Positions 41,541 through 54,730 of a stretch of DNA of 64,000 bases are shown one piece after another. The stretch comes from Heptranchias perlo (Eukaryota). Position 1 is the stretch's first letter. Each line of letters starts with the position of its first letter. The position numbers were made by a program, and so were the translations under genes. The stretch covers positions 21,886,001-21,950,000 of the forward strand of contig NC_090355.1 of assembly GCF_035084215.1 (NCBI RefSeq). Reading direction: 5' to 3'. The notes beneath the pieces are model-generated. The model made no database searches, was not told the origin of the DNA, and saw only the letters and a program-made list of their open reading frames with translations.

Positions 41541-42652
41541 AATAGTGGGTGAAAAAAAATTGAGAAAGCACGTTGAGAGAATTGTGGGAACTCGGTGGCC
41601 AGATTTCACAACCCAGTGGCCAGATTGTGTAGTGACAAGTTCACACAAGCATTTACCATTATAGAAGTGCACAGAGGAATTTATAATGGAAAAGTTAACA
41701 CAAAAAGTCAACAGGAAGTCAAGTGACACAGACAGGAAGTCCATGCAGATGTAAAATTTTTAATATGTTATAGACAGATAATATATCTGGACTACAGGAC
41801 TTATATCAAATGAAAATATAAATTTCAGTGTCGCTTACCGATGATGGTTCAGTGAGTAACTGAACATGCAGACCAGGAAGATTCCAGGACTTAGATGAGC
41901 TCAGCTGGAACACCAGGACATGGACGACAATTGGCCTCAGTGTTGCTGGGTAAGGAAGTGGAAATCAGCAAATATAGGGATTTCCTTTTGGAAATGCACA
42001 TGTGATTTGGAAGCTCCTCATAGTGAATAGCCTGCAGACACTCACTATTAAGGGCACGTATCAATAATGGCCATTTGTTCAAAGTACTAGCAGGCGACCA
42101 GTAGCCATGCAACCGTACTCCACCATGGGATAAGTAACTTCAGGAGAGGAGGGAAGAAACTTGTGAGAAAGGAGGAGGGTAGAATACTTTTTAGAAAAAG
42201 AAAAAAAATAGTATACTGTGTAACTTTGTGAGCTTTTGGTTTGAGAAAATACAACAAAATGCAAGATGCTGTATTTTGTTCAGGCTGTGCTTACTTTTTG
42301 GCCAGCAGTTTTAATTTTTCATATTTAATTCCGAAAGCAGAACTTTTATAAAACCCAAGCAGGATACCTGAGCAGAAATGAAGACATTTCCTCACTTGTA
42401 ATATCTATCTGTCCACAACATATTGAAAATCTTATGTTTGCATGCACTTCCTGTCTGTGCCACTTGACTTCCTGTTGTCACACTTTTTGTGTTAACTTTT
42501 CCAATAATAAATTCCTCTGTGCACTTTTATAATGGAAAATGCTTGCGTAAACTTGTCACTATACAATCTGGCCACTGGGTTGTGCAATCTGGCCACCGGG
42601 TTCCCACAATTCTCCCAAAATGCTTTCTGAATTTTTCTTTTCACCCACCATT
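41541..42652. repeat. Inverted repeat, ~240-bp arms (41541-41780 / 42406-42652)
   Basis: ORFs 41535..41744(-) and 42489..42899(+) share IINSSVHFYNGKCL..LVT.QSGHWVV.SGHRVPTIL; nucleotide mirror confirmed by eye. Confidence 0.93.
41835..42165 (+). mobile_element. Old tRNA-head SINE-like element in the inverted-repeat spacer
   Basis: tggttcagtgagtaa head; cttcaggagagaggg tail shared with 55640-56015. Confidence 0.5.
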
Positions 42653-42664
42653 TCTTTGCTCAGT

Positions 42665-43060
42665 AACTGAAAGGGTAAAGTCAGTAGTTCTAAGACATAC
42701 AAGTAAGGGAGATGCCAGGGTCAAACCTTGGTCTGTGCTGAGTTTGCTGATTTTAGCTAGGGCAATAGTGGTGACATTGCAACTGGCTGCAGTATCCATG
42801 GGTTACGGAAGGGAAAATATGCCAGGGTTTCCGTTCCTGAATCCTTATTGCTACACAGCAACTCCCCATTCAAAGTGCTTGTGTGAGGACGCCATGTGAG
42901 AATAGGATTGTGCTCAGGTATGATATCTTCCACAGTAAGGTCGGATGCTGGCAGACAGTATCAAGGCTCTTCCATGCATAATGGTCACTTTAACCAGGCA
43001 ACTGAGGGTGACTGTCACATGTGAAAACACAGCCCAGTGGGAAAGTCAGCACAACCATGA
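42665..43060 (+). mobile_element. Old tRNA-head SINE-like element
   Basis: ccttggtctgtgctgagtttgctgat shared with the copy at ~55710. Confidence 0.55.
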
Positions 43061-43061
43061 G

Positions 43062-43714
43062 TCATCAAGTATATTCAAGGCTGAGATAGATAGATTTCTG
43101 GACTCTAACGGAATCAAAGGTTATGGGGATCGGGCAGGAAACTGTACTACAATTGTACAGGGCTTTGGTGAGACCTGACCTAGAGTACTGAGTACAGTTT
43201 TGGTCTTCTTATCTAAGGAAGGATATATTTGCCTTAGAGGCGGTGCAACAGAGGTTCACTAGATTAATTCCTGGGATGAGAAGGTTGTCCTATAAGGAGA
43301 GATTGAGCAGAATGGGCCAAACTCTCTGGAGTTTTGAAGAATGAGAGGTGATCTCATTGAAACATATAAGATTCTGAGGGGGCTTGACAGGGTAGATGCT
43401 GAGAGGTTGTTTCCCCTGGCTGGTGAGTCTGGAACTAGAGGGCATAGTCGCAGGATGAGAAGGAATTTCTTCGCTCAGAGTGTTGTGAATCTTTGGAATT
43501 CTCTATCCCAGAGGGCTGTGAATGCTAAGTCATTGAGTATATCCAAGGCTGAGATTGATAGATTTTTGGACTCTCGGAGAATCAAGGGATATGGGGATCG
43601 GGCAGGAAAGTGGAGTTGAGGTTGAAGATCAGCCATGAATCTGATTAAATGGTCAAGCAGGCTCGATGGGCCGTATGGCCTACTCCTGCTCCTATTTCTT
43701 ATGTTCTTATGTTC
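43062..43714 (+). mobile_element. CR1 LINE 3' fragment(s)
   Basis: ORF 43341..43619 (MRGDLIETYKILRGLDRVD...IDRFLDSRRIKGYG); (TTCTTATG)n tail; 43062-43140 repeats the 43530-43610 segment. Confidence 0.9.
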
Positions 43715-46149
43715 TAGGAGAAAAGGAGAAGAGAAAAAAATTGAAGAAATGAAAGAGATATAAAAGAAAGCAGGGTTGGATTTTTCACTGTCCTCATATA
43801 AAGCTGATCAAAGAAGGCAGTTCAGAGGCAAAACTATTGTTTCCAACACTGCAATTCTTTCACCTAACTCAGTGGTGGTAAAGATAGGCAGCCAATCAAA
43901 ATCTAGTTGTAAGCTAGTCAATCATGAAGTTTATCAGCTGGAAGTGACCCCATCACCTTATTACATAAGTGTGTCCATCAAGGGAGAGGAGTGTGTCTTG
44001 TGGACAGACATGCCCATGACCTAGACATCGGATTTGACTGTTACAGATCCATGTCTGTGGAAATGTGGAAAAAGGGGCGATCCTTGCATCCTCGGGTTCT
44101 GTGCCAGGCTCACATGGCCTGATCTTGGATTCAGACAACAGCAAGAAAAAATAGTATTTATATAGTGCCTTTAACATAGAAATCAACCTTAGTTGCTTTA
44201 CTTGGTGGGGGAGACAAAAATAAATTGGAACAAGTGAGGAATGGATGCCAAGCCACGGAGGGAGAGATTAGATGGGGTGACTGAAAGACAGGTGGAGAGA
44301 AGAGTGGCTGTGTTAGGTACTGGCAATAACTTTGTTCATGTTATTGTTATCTATGATGGTCATTTAGTTCCATATGAACTCAAAGGCAATGCATATCATT
44401 GGACTTTGAGGCCACAACTGACCTGAGCACATCTGAAATTAACTCTCAAAATAAATGAAAAATGACTCCTGAAGATGTAGGCATCTTTCCCGAATACACT
44501 GAGCAGCTGCCAGGCACGAGGCATCCATGAAGCTAAAATAGCCCACTGGATGATTTCCCAGACAGCTTGAGTATTCAGGCAGCATGACAGCAATGCATTT
44601 CCTTGCTTCCTTCCTCAGTGATGTGGACAATCCCTGAGACACTGGCTGCAGACCAGCTCCTTGGTAAGGTTAACCCATCGTAGATTACCCTCATAAAAAG
44701 GGAACAGTTTTCCTTTTCTATCCCCATTTATCCTTCTTACCAACACAACTGACCGTGATATTGGTACTCATTAAGGTGAGGTATGTAATTATTGAGCAGT
44801 GGAATACTTTTTTAATTTGGGCAACCAGTGTGAGCATCAAGCATTCCCAGTTAGTTGCAGCAAAGGCCAGATGCAGAATAAAATTCCCGCTACATTCAAT
44901 TGAATGAATATCAGATAGGTTGTACAACAGGTAGGCAATCCACTTCACCAGAGCCCAGGCGATGAAGACAAAAATCTATCCCATTGTCTTTCAGCTACAG
45001 CTCCATAGTTATTTTGGGCATGATAAGTTCTACCCGAAGACTACTTTCTCCTCCTGAGTTTATTTTCTTCTACTTCATTGGTATATTCTTAAATGTTTCT
45101 TTCTGAATGTACCATTTCAACCATCTGAATGAGATGTGCTTTTGTAAGCACTTTTACAGCTCTTGGGTATTGTTATATTTCAACTTGGCCTGAAAACTAC
45201 TACAAATGAGTATTGTAATTTGTCATGAAAAATGGCACAGGTTGTGTATTTCATATCAGAACAACCCCTCATTAAGATTTCAAGTGGCTTTCAATTATAT
45301 TGATAATTGGAATTAATGCATGTGTTTAGCGTACAATGGAAAATGTGAATTACTGGTAATGGTAAATGTCACCGATCTAATTACTATCAATTCTAAAACA
45401 GAAGAGAACCATACAGCGACAAGTAGAAACAGTGCTAAAACACTACAGCCTAAAAAAAGTCCAGCCATGAAGTTTTGTTTCCCAACAGTTACATCTATTT
45501 GTGCTGTCAACAATCTTACATCGGGTCACAAAAGGTACAAATATAAGTTGGACTCAGATTGCAGATGGAAAATAAGAAGGGCACCTACACTGTATATGAC
45601 AGAAAAAATGTGTATTAAAAAGATTTTAATATGCTTTCAGTTTAACAGTGCACATGAGGTTTGTCTGTTTCAGGTAATTAAATTAGGAACTCTTACATAT
45701 CATCAATTAGAAATATTTATCAAATGCAGAAATTTATACTTGCACTCAATGGCTATTTACATAAATTATACTTAATCAGCTATGTTGTGAAATTGTGTAA
45801 AAATGGCAATACAATTCAGATGGAAGTATTAATGAACTGGGGTTTGTTTCGGTTCAGCACATTTTTTTCAGGTTTGTGAACTTAGCTTTCTACTTAGTTC
45901 TTAAACTTCTTCACAAACTCTGATTTGTGATTCTCTGCACAAATTGCCAAGTTGGATTTGGCCGGCCCTTAACACAGTGCAGACAAAAACAGAGACCATG
46001 AATGCTAGAAATCGGAAATAAAAACTGAAAATGTTGGAATGCTTAGCAGGTTAGTTTTGTACCTCAGCTTCCCAAGCTTCAGAAATCTGAAATTAACAAA
46101 AATCGTTGATCACTTACTCAGCTTGTACTGAACCAATAATCGGTCTGGT

Positions 46150-49095
46150 ATAGCATTTAGGAATGAAAACTACTAAGAATAAAACTGGATGGACCACCCG
46201 GCATCGGACCACTAGGCACCGGACACGACAACGGCAAACCAAGCCCAGTCGACCCTGCAAAGTCCTCCTCACTAACATCTGGGGACTTGTGCCAAAATTG
46301 GGAGAGCTGTCCCACAGACTAGTCAAGCAACAGCCTGACATAGCCATACTCATAGAATCATACCTTTCAGCCAATGTCCCAGACTCTTCCATCACCATCC
46401 CTGGGTATGTTCTGTCCCACCAGCAGGACAGACCCACCAGAGGTGGCGGTACAGTGATATACAGTCAGGAGGGAGTGGCCCTGGGAGTCCTCAACATTGA
46501 CTCTGGACCCATGAAATCTCATGGCATCAGGTCAAACATGGGCAAGGAAACCTTCTGCTGATTACCACCCACCATCCTCCCTCAGCTGATTAATCAGTCC
46601 TCCTCCAAGTTGAGCACCACTTGGATGAAGCACTGAGGGTAGCAAGGGCACAAAATGTATTCTGGGTGGGGGACTTCAATGTCCATCACCAAGAGTGGCT
46701 CGGTAGCACCACTACTGACTGAGCTGGCCGAGTCCTGAAGGACATAGCTGCCAGACTGGGCCTGCGGCAGGTGGTGAGCGAACCAACACGAGGGAAAAAC
46801 TTATTTGACCTCGTCCTCACCAATCTACCTGTCGCAAACGCATCTGTCCATGACAGTATTGATAGGAGTGACCACCGCACAGTCCTCGTGGAGACGAAGT
46901 CCCGTCTTCGCACTGAGGACACCATCCAACGTGTTGTGTGGCACTACCACCGTGCTAAATGGGATAGATTCAGAACAGATCTAGCAGCTCAAAACTGGGC
47001 ATCCATGAGGCACTGTGGGCCATCAGCAGCAGCAGAATTGTATTCCAGCACAATCTGTAACCTCATGGCCCGGCATATTCCTCACTCTACCATTACCAAC
47101 AAGCCAGGGGATCAACCCTGGTTCAATGAGGTGTGCAAAGAGCATGCCAGGAGCAACACCAAGCATACCGAAAAATGAGGTGCCAACCTGGTGAAGTTAC
47201 AACTCAGGGCTACATGCATGCTAAACAGCGGAAGCAACATGCTATAGACAGAGCTAAGCGATTCCACAAACAACGGATCAGATCAAAGCTCTGCAGTCCT
47301 GCCACATCCAGTCGTGAATGGTGGTGGACAATTAAACAACTAACGGGAGGAGGAGGCTCTGCAAACATCCCCATCCTCAATGATGGCGGAGTCCAGTACG
47401 TGAGTGCAAAAGACAAATCTGAAGCGTTTGCAACCAACTTCAGCCAGAAGTGCCGAGTGGATGATCCATCTCGGCCTCCTCCCCAACATCACAGAAGCCA
47501 GTCTTCAGCCAATTCGATTCACTCCACGTGATATTAAGAAACGGCTTAGTGCACTGGATACAGCAAAGGCTATGGGCCCCGACAACATCCCGGCTGTAGT
47601 GCTGAAGACCTGTGCTCCAGAACTAGCTGCGCCTCCAGCCAAGCTGTTCCAGTACAGATACAACACTGGCATCTACCCGACAAAGTGGAAAATTGCCCAG
47701 GTATGTCCTGTCCACAAAAAGCAGGACAAATCCAATCCGGCCAATTACCGCCCCATCAGTCTACTCTCAATCATCAGCAAAGTGATGGAAGGTGTCGTCA
47801 ACAATGCTATCAAGCGGCACTTGCTCACCAATGCTCAGTTTGGGTTCCACCAGGACCACTCGGCTCCAGACCTCATTACAGCCTTGGTCCAAACATGGAC
47901 AAAAGAGCTGAATTCCAGAGGTGAGGTGAGACATCAAGGCAGCATTTGACCAAGTGTGGCACCAAGGAGCCCTAGTAAAATTGAAGTCAATGGGAATCAG
48001 GGAGAAAACTCTCCAGTGGCTGGAGTCATGCCGAGCACAAAGGAAGATGGTAGTGGTTGTTGGAGGCCAATAATCTCAGCCGCAGGACATTGCTGCAGGA
48101 GTTCCTCAGGGCAGTGTCCTAGGCCCAACCATCTTCAGCTGCTTCATCAAAGACCTTCCCTCCATCATAAGGTCAGAAATGGGGATGTTCACTGATGATT
48201 GCACAGTGTCCAGTTCCGTTCGCAACCCCTCAAATAATGAAGCAGTCCGAGCCCGCATGCAGCAAACCTGGACAACATCCAGGCTTGGGCTCATAAGTGG
48301 CAAGTAACATTTGCACCAGATAAGTGCCAGGCAATGGACATCTCTAACAAGAGAGAGTCTAACCACCTCCCCTTGGCATTCAACGGCATTACCATCGCCG
48401 AATCCCGCACCATCAACATCCTGGGGGTCACCATTGACCAGAAACTTAATTGGACCAGCCATACAAATACTGTAGCTACGAGAGCAGGTCAGAGGCTAGG
48501 TATTCTGCGGCGAGTGACTCACCTCCTGACTCCCCAAAGCCTTTCCACCATCTACAAGGCACGACAGGTCAGGAGTGTGATGGAATACTCTCCACTTGCC
48601 TGGATGAGTGCAGCTCCAACAACACTCAAGAAACTCGACACCATCCAGGACAAAGCAGCCCACTTGATTGGCACCCCATCCACCACCCTAAACATTCACT
48701 CCCTTCACCACCGGCGCACAGTGGCTGCAGTGTGTACCATCCACAGGATGCACTCCAGCAACTCGCCAAGGCTTCTTTGACAGCATCTCCCAAACCCGCG
48801 ACCTCTACCACCTAGAAGGACAAGAGCAGCAGGCACATGGGAACAACAGCACCTGCACGTTCCCCTCCAAGTCACACACCATCCCGACTTGGAAATATAT
48901 CGCCGTTCCTTCATCGTCGCTGGGTCAAAATCCTGGAACTCCCTTCCTAACAGCACTGAGGGAGAACCGTCACCACACGGACTGCAGCGGTTCAAGAAGG
49001 CAACTCACCACCACCTTCTCAAGGGCAATTAGGGATGGGCAATAAATGCCGGTCTCGCCAGCGACGCCCACATCCCATGAATGAATCAAAAAAAA
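46150..49095 (+). mobile_element. Near full-length CR1-group LINE ORF (APE endonuclease + RT), frameshifted
   Basis: LLTNIWGLVPKLGEL...PDIAILIESYL, GDFNVH, DLVLTN, SDHRTV, KAMGPDNIP, NYRPISLLS, GVPQGSVLGP, FTDDC, ILGVTIDQKLNW; ends atgaatgaat-A-tail. Confidence 0.92.
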
Positions 49096-49119
49096 CACTG
49101 ATCAGAGCAGAAGCACACT

Positions 49120-49570
49120 GTGTCAAACAAAGAAGTCCATGAACTCCTTGCACGTTGTCAGAGGGGAGAGAGGTTTAATGAGATGGTTGGTAGTGGATAA
49201 AAGAAGCAAGGGATTATCTTTGCTCTCTAGGATGATCCTGGATAGTGGGCAGTTTTGGCAGAGGAGAGTGAATCCCAGTAGAACTTGGTGTGGTTCAGCA
49301 TGTTGTATACTAGATATGCTCTCACGTCTGCTCGCCTTGGACTTAAGGTAGCAAAGATCCCATACCAGGATGAATAGCCAAGATGAGAGACAGTGAAGGT
49401 TTTGCTGGGCCAAGCGTATCAATGGTGAAGGTGAGAGGGTAGTTGAAAAAATTGATGGCTGCAGAGGCATCATAGTAAATGGGAGACAAAAGGCATAGTA
49501 GTCGGGAGTTTGAAAGTGTGGGTCGGAGAAAAGGGATAAAGGGACCAAATCGGAGGCAAAATTGGAGGAA
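49120..49570 (-). mobile_element. L2 ORF2 internal fragment
   Basis: SRIILESKDNP.LL.STTNHLIKPLSP...CKEFMDFFV in ORF 49123..49548. Confidence 0.75.
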
Positions 49571-49754
49571 AAATAGGATTATGGCTCCAATTACATGTGC
49601 AGTGTGTCCAATCAATTTTCAGGCTGGGTGATTCTTTTTCTGCTATTGTAGTTTTTCATTATCAGCCTTTATTTTAAATATATCACGAGGTATTGTGAAA
49701 AAAAAAATAAAATCACATGAAAAGTCAGACAGCTAAGTTCTCAGCAGAGATCGT

Positions 49755-50343
49755 GGGGGTAATTTTTCATTTTGGCCCTGTGTTCTTGGTGCCTGCCTAA
49801 AGCCATTATTGGGAGGCCCGAACCATTTTCAGGTTTGGGCCTTTAAAAAAATGTAACTGGCAAGCTGCAGACGCCAAATGAGCACTCCGCTGTAGTTTGC
49901 CGGTTTTGGAAGGCTGAAAACCATCTGACCGGCAGGTCGGGTCTGTCGTGTGGGGCAGCCCTGAGCCAATCTCTGTTGGGGGAGTGAGTCTGGGTCGGCA
50001 GTGGGTGCTGTGGTTTTGTGAGGCCCGGGGGAGCCCTTTAAGGACCACTGATTAGGCCACTCCATGCCTGGTGCAACTGAGCCTGGCATGCATGACACAC
50101 ACTTAGCCCATTTATACATGAAAATGGCAAGTGAGGTCCTACAGCCGTCATTGGACCCCGATTTGCAGATGTAAATAAGTCTCCTGCCTGTTTTGGGCAA
50201 GAGTGCTCGGCGCCCATTTAAAGGCTTGCCTGAAAATTGAATCAGAGGTCAAAGATGTGTTTAAGGTGCCCATCCAATTTTCCGCTGCCGGTCGCCCATT
50301 TTCCGGGCGTGAAACTGGTAAGCGACAGTTGAAAATTGCCCCC
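49755..50343. mobile_element. GC-rich MITE with GGGGG(C/T)AATTTT TIRs (Harbinger-like ends)
   Basis: GGGGGTAATTTTTCA ... TGAAAATTGCCCCC; no coding capacity. Superfamily is a guess. Confidence 0.7.
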
Positions 50344-51945
50344 AGCGAATGCTGAATAGAAACGGTTGGGAGTATGAGGGAGCTTTGGCCCATATTATCC
50401 TCCTTCAGAAATAATTGTTAAACTTCACCTATTTTTGCATCCCCTGTCAAAAGGTGGGTGCGTGGAGATTTCCTTCTGTTGGATTTGTGTTTCATGAATT
50501 TGAGAATATAACAGAAACTGGCTAATTAACGTGCACCTGCACTGCTAATCAGTGTCACATTTCTCAGAGAGCTAACAGGCTGCTTAACTAATTGAAAACA
50601 CAATGACATTCAGAAATATTTATGCACGTCTGATATCAGATGTGATTGGACTGACATTGGTTGTGTCTTTTGAGATTGGGACTCTGTGAACTGAAAGTTG
50701 GGGGAGGGAGTATTGTCTGTTATCAGGTCTGTGTGCTGATAATGGAGCTGTGTGGGCTTGACATTGGTGGTGTGTGGTTTGACTTCAGGGATGAGCACTC
50801 TGACATTCGTGATGAGTGGTCTGACACTGGGTGCTTCGGGCTGCCATGGTAGATGAACTGTGCATTACTACTGGGGGTTGAGTTAAGGACTGTTAGGGAG
50901 GTGAGATAACAGATGCTAGCAAGGATCATCTGACAGCTGTCAGAGGTAGCTATCCAACACATCGGTGTTGTGCTGAAACTGACGCAAATCGCGAAGACTT
51001 TCATCTCTGTTTGAAAATGAATGGCAGGTCTGAATAGATATCACACACTTTGAGTGTTTTCTACACCAACGAAAGCACCAAATGTTCCTGTGCAAAAATC
51101 ATCAACAAGCACCGTGCTTATATTAACTTTCAGTCAATAAGCTCTTTCCAAGCATTTTTTTCTGGTTGTTTTTGTTATTTACATCTCAGCACTTTACACA
51201 TTGAAGGAAGTCACATTCAGGTGAAGAAAATACATTGCATGACCATTTCCTCAACAAGTTATTCACTTTTGTAAAGGGTTCACATCATGAGGAAAATTTG
51301 GGCCATGGAGTTTTTGCACTGTTGTAAAGTTCTGGAGCCAGCAGAAGGCAATGAGAAAATCATGTGGTAAAATACTTGTAAGTTTAATTCTATTTTTACA
51401 TTATTTTTAATCTCCAGTTTCAATTCTTACTTTCTCTCTATCTGCATGTCTCCTTTATAGAATTCACCAGAGAGGTGGGTGGCAACCTTGTACCCCATTA
51501 ATGGTACCAGGTCACTTTTTGCTGAAAGGTGCACAAATCCACTGAGCCCCATCCATTTTTCCCTCCCTCAAGGAAAACGTTTGTAAACCTCACCTTCAAT
51601 TCAGATAACCTTCGTGCTTCCTCAGATGATGTGTGCAACACTTCTGATAACCTAAGTATCTTTTTGAAAGACCTCTGTGCTTCTTGAGATAACCGCCTCA
51701 GGTGATGAAGGATAAGAACAAGTATCTCACTGTATGGGAACAGAAACTTTCCTATCACTCCATGATGTATTGTGTCAGCACACTACACCACTGCTTCCAA
51801 TATCTAGAAGTTTACAAGTAACTATCCAGTGAATTCAAATGTAGCTGAAAATAATTATTCAGTGTTAGGAACAACAGCAGATGAGTTATTTTTGTCTTCC
51901 TGGACTAACTGAAGAAGCTGCAGATAATTTGATTTGAGATGTAAT

Positions 51946-53094
51946 AGGCCAAATTTTGCTGTAGCGGGGCATCCAACGGCATCTGTCGTTAGTTAGACTT
52001 GCCCTTGCATGTTTAGGTTTTTACATTTTTTGTGTGGCAAGTTGCTGAAAGTGCAAGATGATAATGTTGCATCTGAGACCTGAGTGAACAGGGCAAGCAA
52101 CTGTGTGTCTCCTTAACCAATCAGATTGAAGGATTGTGAAACTAACAGCACAAGGGCTGAGAAGGAAATGTAAATTAGAGTGGGTGAATTCAATGTCAAA
52201 TTAGATACAGAAAGAGAAATAAAGAGAGGGAAAGAAAGATTGGATTAAGAGAGAGAAAAAAATAGAAATGAAATATTAAAAAATTTAAAATTTAAAATTT
52301 TACATTTTAAAATCTCTGAAGAAAGAAAGAACTGTCATTAATATATTGCCTTTCACGATCTCAGGATGTCCCAAAGCACTTTACAGCCAATGATGTATTT
52401 TTGAAGCGGAGTCACTGTTGTAATGTAGGAAACGTCACTTTGCGCACAGCAAGGTCCCACAAACAACAGTGTGATAATGACCAGATAATCTGTTTTAGTG
52501 ATGTTGATTGAGGGATAAATATTGGCCAGGACACCGGGAAGAACTCCCCTGCTCTTCTTCAAAATAGTGCCTTGGGATCTTTTACATTCACCTGAGAAGG
52601 TGGACGGGGCCTTGGTTTAATGCCTCATCCGAAAGGCGACACCTCAAACAGTGCAGCACTCCCTAGATTTTGTGCTCCAGTCTCTGGAGTGGGACTCCAA
52701 CAACAATTAATCCCTGAAGGAATGAGACTCCACACTTGTAATAGTTAATTTTCAGTGCCAGAGAGGTTGATTGGCAGTAATTAACAATTATCACATCATT
52801 AAAAGGGTACTTAGACTGGACTGGACAAGACTTAACTTTCTGTGGCGAATTTAGTTCGTATCTACCACGAAAATACAGCAACTTCATGCCATTCAATGCA
52901 TTTCAATGGTGAGGCAGTCAGCAAGATGCCGTTCTCGCGAAGCTAACAGTGGAGCAGTGCAACTCGGACAGAAACTTTTGGATATCCGCATTTAACCATG
53001 TATCTGCCCTCGCCTGAAGTTGCTGAACTGTTTGTGCATAAATAATGGCAAACACAGTTAGCTTCACCATTATTTTGACAGCAAAATCTGGGCC
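51946..53094 (-). mobile_element. TIR element (same family as 10791-11524) with nested DeuSINE at ~52325-52700
   Basis: Ends GGCCAAATTTTGCTG ... CAGCAAAATCTGGGCC; internal aggaatgagactccac / taactttctgtggcga mirror 11000-11150. Confidence 0.72.
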
Positions 53095-53279
53095 GATATA
53101 AATGTTGTCAATTGCTTAAATGCTGATTGAATGCAAATTCTAGTTGGAACATTGGAGCTGTGCTATATAGCTGTGATAACTCAGCTGCACTAAGTAATAC
53201 CGTGTGAGTCTTCCAGATTGATAAATTTACAATTGCTACTGACTTCAATAATAACATTCTGTTCATTTAATATCCTGTT

Positions 53280-53480
53280 GAAACAAAAACAGATAAAGCT
53301 GGAAACACACAGCAGATAAGTCAGCATCTGTGGAGAAAATAGACAAGTTGGCATTTCGGGTGCAGACCTTACTTCAGAACACTTACGAAGAAGGGTCCAC
53401 ACTAGAAACATCAACTTGTCTGTTCTCTCCACCGATGCTGACTGACCTGCTGAGTGTTTCCAGCTTTTTTGGTTCAGATT
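53280..53480. mobile_element. Palindromic ~200-bp element (Penelope-terminus-like)
   Basis: aaagctggaaacacacagcag..agtcagcatctgtggaga..agacaagttg mirrored by caacttgtct..tctccaccgatgctgact..ctgctgagtgtttccagcttt. Confidence 0.8.
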
Positions 53481-53796
53481 TCAAGTATTTTGCTTGTTGG
53501 TTTCCAGGACTCCAAAGGCAACTGAATTTTTAAAATAACTATTTTGTCCAAGTCCATTGGTTCAACCTCCGTAACATCTTTCACCTCATTGGTTGATGGC
53601 CCTTATCACTGAAACACATCAGACCTATGAAAAAGCTGGGATGTGTGCCTATACCGAATCAAACCAATTGCAAAGCTGGGATATGACATTATGTGTTGAC
53701 ATTCCAGTTGGAAACTACAACTGAACAATGTTCATGATAGACACAAACATTTTATTGCATACACAGCATATGCAATTTCCCTATTAGATGGAGTCA

Positions 53797-54063
53797 AGGT
53801 TGCCATCCCTCCAGGGTTGTCCTGGAGTCTCCAGGAATTAAAGATTAATCTCTTGGATACAGCTGTGAACAACCTGGGACAAAGATAATCGGGGCATTAA
53901 AAAAATTGTGTGTTTCTTTTACTTTCTTCAAACACTTCATTTTATCAGTTATAAAAATATTGGAGATGGGAAAAAAGGCTGTTTAACTGGGCGGGGTGGC
54001 TGGAGATGTGTGGTCATGTGATGAAACCTCCAGGAATACGTCCAACCAGAGTTAGCAACCCTA
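53797..54063. mobile_element. Short hAT-like MITE
   Basis: Ends AGGTTGCCA ... TAGCAACCCTA (TAGGGTTGCCA-type TIR). Confidence 0.55.
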
Positions 54064-54232
54064 GTAAAATCCAATAGAGTACAGTTCAAATTATGTGATA
54101 CAACAGCCCATCAGTTCAAGTCATGTGATTCACTGATACCAGTTCTTCAAGTTGCACTGCATTCATAGTTGGTGCCCTGGAGGCTTGTGGAGTAATCAGG
54201 AGGGAGCAGACTGGATATTGCTCTTGTGAGTA

Positions 54233-54730
54233 ATGTATAGGATGGGCTGGTTTTGGAGATTGAGATTGCAGAGCATAGTAAGGCTCAGGGGAAAGTCACT
54301 TACATCGGATTTATCAATTTTTGAAAGAATTTTGTCCTTAAGAGAAACCTGGGAGCACACCATATCTTGGATTTTATCTTTGGATGTGTACTCAAAGTCC
54401 AAAATTCATGTAACTGTAGATGAGAGATTTACTGAACGTATCTGTCTCCAAAGAGGAGTGAAGCATGTTTGCGTATTGTCACTCATCGTATTTGATCTCT
54501 TCATCAAGGAAGGCATCAAAAGAGATGGATTAAGCATTTCTGTTCCAGCCACATATGAAAGTATTATAGAGCTCACACTCATGTGGTTAGCAGACTCACC
54601 TGGAAATCCAGTGCTCTTCACCGAACGTCATGAACAATGGGCTAACCAGTGGTATATGGTAGTGGGAGCCCTGAAGTGCAATATTATGGTTTTGCATGGC
54701 TCACCTGATTGTGAAAATGTCATCATGGCT
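54233..54730 (+). mobile_element. Degenerate non-LTR RT fragment of a different clade
   Basis: ORF 54233..54790: YSKSKIHVTVDERFTERICLQRGVKHVCVLSLIVFDLFI...LADSP...WANQWYM....KCNIM; catalytic (F/Y)ADD eroded. Confidence 0.7.

Noticed and set aside
45320-45775. 151-aa ORF
   Set aside because: AT-rich, no recognisable domain or exon context; consistent with chance.
50610-50850. Loose repeats of tctgacat-like words, superficially array-like
   Set aside because: Irregular spacing and poor identity; eukaryotic context, no cas genes; a decayed minisatellite at most.
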